Source: Candidatus Marinacidobacterium sp.
Lineage (GTDB): Bacteria > Acidobacteriota > Vicinamibacteria > Marinacidobacterales > Marinacidobacteraceae
NCBI GenBank assembly: GCA_965204755.1
Contig: OZ242011.1
Location: forward strand, 2,016,001-2,080,000
Direction: 5' to 3'
DNA: 64,000 nucleotides
Positions 57,848-64,000 of the stretch are shown one piece after another (position 1 is the first letter of the stretch; the number at the start of each line of letters is the position of its first letter). The notes below the pieces were generated by a model that did no database searches, was not told the origin of the DNA, and worked only from the letters and a program-made list of their open reading frames with translations. Made by a program: the position numbers and the translations under genes.

Positions 57848-59623
57848 TCAGTCGTTCGCGGCGGAACGCGCGGTCGGGGAATCCCCCGAAACGCCCGCGG
57901 CGTCCCCCGCGCCCGCGGCGTCCCCCGCGCCCGCGGCGTCCCCCGAAGCGCCAGCGGCGTCCCCCGAAGCGCCCGCGGCGTCCTCGACGGCCGAGACGCC
58001 GATCCCGTCCGGAAGCGGCGTCCCGCCCCCCGCCGGAGGAACTTCGCCGGCGCCTTCTTCCGCGTCGCCCTCATCGTCGGCGGCCGCCCCGGTCGCTTCC
58101 GCCGAAGCCGTCTGCCCCGCGGTCGGGTCGAGCCGCTCGACGATGTTCGCCACCGGCACCGCCAACTTGTCGAGGAACGGCTTGGGATACACCCCGATGA
58201 AGATGCACAGCGCGACGATCGGGATCAGCGTGGCGTTCTCGCGCCGGGTCACATCGACGAGCGCGCGGTTCTCCTCCCGGTCCAACTTGCCGAACATGAG
58301 CCGCTGGTAGAGCCACAGCAGGTACGCCGCGCCGAGCACGATCCCCGAAACCGCGAACGCCGCGTAGATCCAGTTCACCTGGAAGATCCCCTGCAGGATC
58401 AGGAACTCGCCGATGAACCCGTTGAGCATCGGCAGCCCCATCGAAGCGAGCGCGATCACCAGGAACATCGCCGCGTACACCGGCACCACCTTCGCGATGC
58501 CGCCGTAGGCCGCGATCTCCCGGGTATGCCGCTGCTCGTACATGATGCCGACCAACAGGAAGAGCCCCCCGGTGGAGAGCCCGTGGTTGATCATCTGCAG
58601 GATGCCGCCTTCGAGGCCGAGCGTGTTCAGCGCGAAGATGCCCAGCATCACGAAGCCGAGGTGGCTCACCGAACTGTAGGCGACCAGACTCTTCCAGTCC
58701 TTCTGGACGAGCGCGACCAGCGCGCCGTAGATGATGCCGATGATGGCGAGCGTGGCCACCCACCAGACCGCGTCCCGGCTGGCTTCCGGCAGCAGGGGAA
58801 TGGAGAACCGGACGAACCCGTAGGTCCCCATCTTCAGCAGGACGCCGGCCAGGATGACCGAACCGGCGGTCGGCGCTTCCACATGGGCGTCCGGGAGCCA
58901 GGTGTGGAACGGGAACATCGGCACCTTGATGGCGAACCCGACGAAGAACGCGAGGAACACCCAGAACTGCAGGCCCGAAGCGTAGGAAGTCTCCATGAGC
59001 CGCAGCAGGTCGAAGGTGTATTCCCCGGTGGCCGCGTGGTGCGCGAAGTAGAGCGCCAGGATGCCGAGCAGCATCAGGACGCTGCCGACCAGCGTGTACA
59101 GGAAGAACTTGATCGCCGCGTAGAGTTTCCTCGCCCCGCCCCAGACCCCGATGAGGAAGTACATCGGGACCAGCATGACTTCCCAGAACACATAGAACAG
59201 GAAGAAGTCGAGGGCGACGAACACGCCCAGCATCCCCGTCTGCAGGAACAGCAGGAACACATAGTACTGCTTGACCCGCTCGGTAACCGCCTTCCACGAG
59301 GACAGGATGGCGATGAAACCGAGCAGCGTGGTCATCAGGATCAGCAGCAGGCTGATCCCGTCCATCGCGATGTTGTATTCCACGCCGATACTCGGGATCC
59401 AGGAGTACCGCTCGCCGAACTGGAACTGCGGCCCGGAGGCGTCGAACGCGAACCAGAGCGGCAGCGACAGCAGGAACCCGATGAACGCGGCGATGTTCGC
59501 CAGCCAGCGGATGCGGCCTTCGTCCTTCTTGTTCACGAAGAACAGGATGCCGAGCGCGGCGAGCGCCGGGAAGAAGACCACCAGCGACAGCAGCGGGAAA
59601 TCGAAGGGGTTGTTCTCGAACAT
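57848..59623 (-). CDS. nuoM: NADH-quinone oxidoreductase subunit M
   Basis: DGIS, FWEVMLVP, KVPMFPFHTWLPDAHVEAPT, LLKMG, AYSSVSH. Confidence 0.95.
   Translation of the reverse strand: MFENNPFDFPLLSLVVFFPALAALGILFFVNKKDEGRIRWLANIAAFIGFLLSLPLWFAFDASGPQFQFGERYSWIPSIGVEYNIAMDGISLLLILMTTLLGFIAILSSWKAVTERVKQYYVFLLFLQTGMLGVFVALDFFLFYVFWEVMLVPMYFLIGVWGGARKLYAAIKFFLYTLVGSVLMLLGILALYFAHHAATGEYTFDLLRLMETSYASGLQFWVFLAFFVGFAIKVPMFPFHTWLPDAHVEAPTAGSVILAGVLLKMGTYGFVRFSIPLLPEASRDAVWWVATLAIIGIIYGALVALVQKDWKSLVAYSSVSHLGFVMLGIFALNTLGLEGGILQMINHGLSTGGLFLLVGIMYEQRHTREIAAYGGIAKVVPVYAAMFLVIALASMGLPMLNGFIGEFLILQGIFQVNWIYAAFAVSGIVLGAAYLLWLYQRLMFGKLDREENRALVDVTRRENATLIPIVALCIFIGVYPKPFLDKLAVPVANIVERLDPTAGQTASAEATGAAADDEGDAEEGAGEVPPAGGGTPLPDGIGVSAVEDAAGASGDAAGASGDAAGAGDAAGAGDAAGVSGDSPTARSAAND
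57882..57983. repeat. Five 18/21-bp tandem units in the nuoM 3' extension
   Basis: TCCCCCG(AAA/AAG)CGCCCGCGGCG units encoding DAAGA(S)G. Confidence 0.85.
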
Positions 59624-59664
59624 TTCGGGGGGTTATCGCCGGTCGGTCGAACGGGGAGGGAGGG

Positions 59665-61695
59665 TCAGGCCCAGAAGTAGAGGGCGGCGCCGAACAGCAC
59701 GACCGCGAACACCGTGAGCAGCGCGTAGTTCTGGAAGAGTCCGGTCTGCATCCGGCGGAACCGCGCGGACAGGGCGCCGAGGGTTTCCGCCACCAGGTTC
59801 ACCGCCCGGTCCACCAGGTTCTGGTCGGAGAGGTCGGAGAGGTCGCCGGAGAGGCGCGTCAGCGAAGCGGCGCCGTTCACCGCGCCGTCCACCACCCGCT
59901 GGTCGAAGCGGAACAGGGTCTCGCCGCCGGAGATCGCGCCGGAAACCGCGGTGGCGTCGTAGATCTCGTCCACGAAGTACTTGCCGCGGAGCGTCCGGTA
60001 CGCCCGGCTGCCGACCAGGTGTTCGTCGCGCGTCGGCTGCTCCCGGTAGCGGCGCCAGGCGAACAGGATCCCGGCGACGGCGAGCCCCACCGATACCGCC
60101 ATGAAGGCGTACTCGACCACCGCCGAGCCGTGGTGCGCCTCGGCGGCGGCGTGCCCCCCGGCGAGGATCGCCGGCTCGAGGAAGTGCTCGATGCGGTTCG
60201 AGCCGCCGAGCACCGCCGGCACCCCCACGAAACCGGCGACCACCGAGCCGGCCGCCAGCACGATCAGCGGGATCGTCATCGAAGGGACGGACTCGTGGAG
60301 TTTTTGCTCCATCGCCGCCCCGCCCCGGAACTTCCCGCAGAAGGTCATGACCACCTGCCGCGTCATGTAGAACGCGGTCATCGCCGCCGCGGCGGCCCCG
60401 AACACCCAGAGAAGCGTCACATGCCCGCCGTGGGTCGCCTTCCACAGGATTTCGTCCTTGCTGAAGAAACCCGCCAGCGGCGGCAGCCCGGCGAGCGCCG
60501 CGGTGGCGATCATGAAGGTCCACGCGGTGCGGGGCATGTGGCCGAGCAGCCCGCCCATGTTCCGCATGTCCTGCATCTCGGTGTAATGCCGATGCCCGCC
60601 GGAGGCGTGTTCGGCGTGCTCCATCGCGTGGATCACGCTGCCGGAGCCGAGGAACAGGCAGGCCTTGAAGAAGGCGTGCGTCATCAGGTGGAAGATCGCC
60701 GCCGCGAACGCCCCGACGCCCGCGCCGAGGAACATGTACCCGAGTTGCGAGACCGTCGAGTAGGCGAGGACCTTCTTGATGTCGTTCTGGAAGAGCGCGA
60801 TGGACGCGGCGAAGAGCGCGGTTACCGCCCCCACCGTCGCGACCACGGACATCGCCGCCGGCGCGTGCGAGAACAGCACGCCGCTCCGGGCCACCATGTA
60901 CACGCCGGCGGTGACCATCGTCGCCGCGTGGATCAGCGCCGAGACCGGCGTCGGCCCTTCCATCGCGTCCGGCAGCCAGACATAGAGCGGGATCTGCGCC
61001 GACTTCCCGGCGGCGCCCACGAACAGCAGGATCCCGATCGCGGTGAGGACGCCGCCGGTCATCTCCCCGGCGGAGATCTGCCCCATGACCTCGTAGAAGT
61101 CCAGCGTGCCGAAGGTCACGAAGACCAGCATCACCGCGAGGATGAACCCGGCGTCGCCGATCCGGTTCACCACGAACGCCTTCTTCCCGGCCACCGCCGC
61201 CGCCGGCCGCTCGAACCAGAAGCCGATGAGCAGGTAGGAGCAAAGCCCCACCCCCTCCCAGCCGATGAACATCAGCAGGAAGTTCGCCCCCAGCACCAGG
61301 TTCAGCATGAAGAAGGTGAACAGGTTGAGGTAGGCGAAGAACCGGCTGAATCCGGCGTCGGCGCTCATGTAGCCGACCGAGTAGATGTGGATCAGCAGCC
61401 CGATGCCGGTAACCACCAGCGTCATCAGCATCGAGAGCGAATCCAGCCGGTAGGCCCACTCCACCCCCATGCTCGGGATCCAGGGGAAGAGCGACTGCTC
61501 CAGCCGCGCGGAGGCCCCGCCGTCGGCGAGGAAGACCGTGAAGAAGAACGAAACCGCGATCAGGAACGAGCCGGCGACCGCGCCGCAGGCCACCGCCGCG
61601 CTCCCCCGCTTCCCGAGGCGCCGGCCGAACAGGCCGCACAGCGCCGCGCCGATCCCCGGCAGGAGGGGGATGAGCCAGAGGAGCGAGGAGTTCAA
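59665..61695 (-). CDS. nuoL: NADH-quinone oxidoreductase subunit L
   Basis: GWEGVGLCSY, GKSAQIP..WLPDAMEGPTPVSALIHAATMV, HAFFKA. Confidence 0.95.
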   Translation of the reverse strand: MNSSLLWLIPLLPGIGAALCGLFGRRLGKRGSAAVACGAVAGSFLIAVSFFFTVFLADGGASARLEQSLFPWIPSMGVEWAYRLDSLSMLMTLVVTGIGLLIHIYSVGYMSADAGFSRFFAYLNLFTFFMLNLVLGANFLLMFIGWEGVGLCSYLLIGFWFERPAAAVAGKKAFVVNRIGDAGFILAVMLVFVTFGTLDFYEVMGQISAGEMTGGVLTAIGILLFVGAAGKSAQIPLYVWLPDAMEGPTPVSALIHAATMVTAGVYMVARSGVLFSHAPAAMSVVATVGAVTALFAASIALFQNDIKKVLAYSTVSQLGYMFLGAGVGAFAAAIFHLMTHAFFKACLFLGSGSVIHAMEHAEHASGGHRHYTEMQDMRNMGGLLGHMPRTAWTFMIATAALAGLPPLAGFFSKDEILWKATHGGHVTLLWVFGAAAAAMTAFYMTRQVVMTFCGKFRGGAAMEQKLHESVPSMTIPLIVLAAGSVVAGFVGVPAVLGGSNRIEHFLEPAILAGGHAAAEAHHGSAVVEYAFMAVSVGLAVAGILFAWRRYREQPTRDEHLVGSRAYRTLRGKYFVDEIYDATAVSGAISGGETLFRFDQRVVDGAVNGAASLTRLSGDLSDLSDQNLVDRAVNLVAETLGALSARFRRMQTGLFQNYALLTVFAVVLFGAALYFWA

Positions 61696-62032
61696 GTCAG
61701 GGAGTCCGGGTCGGTCGGCGCGGGATGGCGGTCAGCGGCGGCGCCGCCGGCCGGCGCGGCCGACGAGCGCCGCCGGTCGGGCCCGGCGGGAGAACCGTCC
61801 TCCCCGCATCGCCGCCGTCTTTCGACCGGCGAACGCCGGGCCGCCGCCGGTGGATCGCGGATCGAAACCCCGCCGAAACCGGCGCGGAAAATACCGGATA
61901 CGCCCAGCCGGGTCAACGACTCCGGGCCTCCCGCCCCGGCCCCGCCGGGCGCGGACCGGGCGAACGCGCCCTCCGCCGGCCCCGGCCCGCCGGGTTCGGG
62001 GAGCGCCCCTCGGCGCGAAACGCCGGGGGGCG

Positions 62033-62060
62033 GCGGGGAGAGGGGCTCCCCTTTCCCCGC
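62033..62060. terminator. Hairpin just downstream of the SDR gene
   Basis: GCGGGGAGAGGGG-CT-CCCCTTTCCCCGC, no clear U-tract. Confidence 0.35.
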
Positions 62061-62066
62061 GGGCCG

Positions 62067-62858
62067 TCAGTAGAGGCTCTTGATGTGGCCGCCGTCCACC
62101 TGCAGCGTCGTCCCGGTGATGTAACTCGCCCGCTCCGACGCCAGGAAGGCCGCCGCCGCCCCGAACTCCTCCGGCTCGCCCACCCGGCCGAGCGGGATGT
62201 CCTTCGCCCACTCGGCATAGACCGCTTCCTCCGGCGTCCCGCGGCTCTCGGCCAGGTGGGCGGCCAACTCGGCGAGCCGGTCGGTGCGGGTGAAGCCGGG
62301 GCACAGCACATTCGCCAGCACCCCGTAGGGCGCCGCCTCGTTCGCCAGCGACTTCATGAACCCGGCGATCCCGGCGCGGGCGGTGTTCGACAGGATGATG
62401 TCCGGCACCGGCTGCTTCACCGACACCGAGGCGATGGCCAGGATCCGCCCCCAGCGCCGCTCCCGCATCCCGGGCAGGGCCGCCCGCACCAGGTGGACGC
62501 AGGACAGGAGGTTCTCGTCCAGCGCCCGCTTCCACTCCTCCGGGGTGGTGTTCGCCAGCCGGGTCGGCGGCGGCCCCCCGGCGTTGGTGACCAGGATGTC
62601 CACCTGCCCGAACTCCGCCTCGGCGGCGCGGACGAAGCCGGCCGCCGCCTCCGGGTCGCCCACATCCACCGGATGGGCCAGCACCGCCGCGCCGCTGCGG
62701 GCGCGGATTTCGGCGGCGGTCCGCTCCAGCGCCTCCGCCCCGCGGGCGCCGAGCGCCAGCCGCGCGCCTTCGGCGGCCAGCGCCTCCGCCACCGCCCGCC
62801 CGAGGCCCCGGCTCGCCGCCGCGACTACGGCGACCCGCCCGCTGATCCCGAGATCCAA
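62067..62858 (-). CDS. SDR family oxidoreductase
   Basis: AASRGLG, NAGGPP, GRI..IAS, VLCPG..TDR, YITG..LQVDGG. Confidence 0.92.
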   Translation of the reverse strand: MDLGISGRVAVVAAASRGLGRAVAEALAAEGARLALGARGAEALERTAAEIRARSGAAVLAHPVDVGDPEAAAGFVRAAEAEFGQVDILVTNAGGPPPTRLANTTPEEWKRALDENLLSCVHLVRAALPGMRERRWGRILAIASVSVKQPVPDIILSNTARAGIAGFMKSLANEAAPYGVLANVLCPGFTRTDRLAELAAHLAESRGTPEEAVYAEWAKDIPLGRVGEPEEFGAAAAFLASERASYITGTTLQVDGGHIKSLY

Positions 62859-62942
62859 GTCAGCCCGTCCGCGCCGCGCCCGGCCGGGCCCGGCGCCGGG
62901 CTGCGGCCGATCCCCCGAACCGCCCCCGCCCGTCCGGAGGGG

Positions 62943-63275
62943 TCACCCGTACTGGCGTTCCTTGCAGTCCACGCACACCCGCGTCCAGGGCACGGCGCGC
63001 AGGCGCGGCTCGGGGATCGGCTCCTCGCACTCGGAGCAGACGCCGAACACGCCCTCCCGGATGCGGGTCAGCGCCTTCTCGATCGCCCGGAGCAATTTGG
63101 CGTCGTTCTGCTGCAGTTGGATGACGATCTCGTCGTCGCTGGCGACCATGGAGCGGTCGCCGTCGTCCCCCCGCGCCTGGCTCCGCGAGAACTCCCGGGT
63201 GTGCACCAGCCCCTCGATCTCGGCCTTCTTGTCGAGCAGCCGCCGCTCGTGCTGCGCCAACTCTTCGGGGGTCAT
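62943..63275 (-). CDS. TraR/DksA family C4 zinc-finger regulator
   Basis: AL.RI..G.FGVCSECEEPI...RL.A.PW...CVDC. Confidence 0.92.
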   Translation of the reverse strand: MTPEELAQHERRLLDKKAEIEGLVHTREFSRSQARGDDGDRSMVASDDEIVIQLQQNDAKLLRAIEKALTRIREGVFGVCSECEEPIPEPRLRAVPWTRVCVDCKERQYG

Positions 63276-63650
63276 GTGGTCGGTCTCGCCGGTGTCTTCG
63301 CGGGAGGAGGGGCGCCGCGTGAGCCGCCCCGCCGGGGTCGCCGGGAGACGCCGTCCGCAAAAACGCCGAACCGCTGATTCTAGCCGGAGACCGGCCCGGA
63401 TCTTGGCCGCCCGGCCCTCGACTGGTACCCTCCGGCGCCCTGTGGAGCCGCGGCGCGGGCCGTCGGCCGCGGCGCCCGAACCCTCCCGGGGCGCGGGCGC
63501 TCACCGGAGGCGCCGATCCTCCCTCCCCCTGCGGGGGCGCGCTCCGAACCGTTGATTCGAAGCCCCTCCACGGGCTGTACCCGGGCGCCGGGCGGACCCG
63601 GCGCGGCGTTTTTCGCCGGCCTCGGCCCCTCTTCGTGCACGGAGGTAGTT

Positions 63651-64000
63651 GTGCGATTTACCCCCCCCCCCCCCCCCCCCCTACTTTTTGTTGCGCTTCG
63701 CTCACCGGCCGGGAGCGCCCGACATCGAGGGCGCTGACAGCGGCGTTCCTCGTCGCGTTCGCGGTCATTTCCATCGGTTGTAGCGAACAGTCGGCGTCCA
63801 CCGCGCCGGCGCCGGCTCCTCCCCCGGCAGCCGCGCCGGCCGCGCCCGCGCCGGGTGCGCCGGCGGACCTCCGGGTCTCGGCGACCGGCGTGGATTTCAT
63901 CGAGGTCTCCTGGAGCGCCGTCGAGGGGGCGACCGGCTACGAAGTCCAGTTGAGTCTTCTCGCCGCCGCCGACTTCAGTTCGGTAACGGCGGCGAATGTC
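63651..64000 (+). CDS. Fibronectin type III-domain lipoprotein, frameshifted at the poly-C tract (runs off window)
   Basis: GGAGG + GTG 63651. The downstream frame reads ALTAAFLVAFAVISIG-C (lipobox), a Pro/Ala linker and APADLRVSATGVDFIEVSWSAVEGATGYEVQ (FN3), but is out of frame with the GTG. Confidence 0.7.
63661..63681. repeat. Homopolymer C21
   Basis: 21 consecutive C, starting 7 nt after the GTG at 63651-63653. Confidence 0.95.

Noticed and set aside
61696-62066. nuoK remnant or small ORF upstream of nuoL
   Set aside because: No hydrophobic NuoK-like translation found. The 74-aa ORF is low-complexity.
1615-62073. Many long overlapping or antisense ORFs (e.g. 1623-4850, 4666-7314, 8396-11449, 21052-24237, 57242-59680)
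   Set aside because: Arg/Pro/Gly-rich or antisense shadows of real genes, expected at this GC content, with no recognisable motifs.

Overview
High-GC chromosomal window. A GWxTD protein, an ADOP-type permease and carboxypeptidase-domain TonB receptors point to Acidobacteriota (inference). Housekeeping content: eno, thiD-moaE-moaD, tsaD, mtnA, nuoL-nuoM-atpZ-atpI-atpB-atpE, an mrfAB-like helicase/exonuclease pair, TRAP and OPT transporters, peptidases, and tRNA-Ser, tRNA-Ala and tRNA-Sec. The most unusual items are: (1) twelve helically phased 15-bp direct repeats (GAATTGTGTATAGCT, 29498-29920) with a DnaA-box-like core, which keep the tetramer AGCT that looks almost erased elsewhere in the window and lie beside two winged-helix genes and an orphan DNA methyltransferase; (2) a tandemly expanded wHTH + DUF6884-like + GIY-YIG-like cluster (39940-43517); (3) a HipA kinase with no HipB and no autophosphorylation Ser, behind an intact and a degenerate HARE-HTH/GIY-YIG gene; (4) a two-copy ~220-bp MITE, one copy apparently read in frame in a sensor kinase; (5) a 345-bp structured element bounded by inverted repeats; and (6) a C21 tract that puts a fibronectin-III lipoprotein out of frame. 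All domain calls come from motif recognition by eye. No database searches were run.
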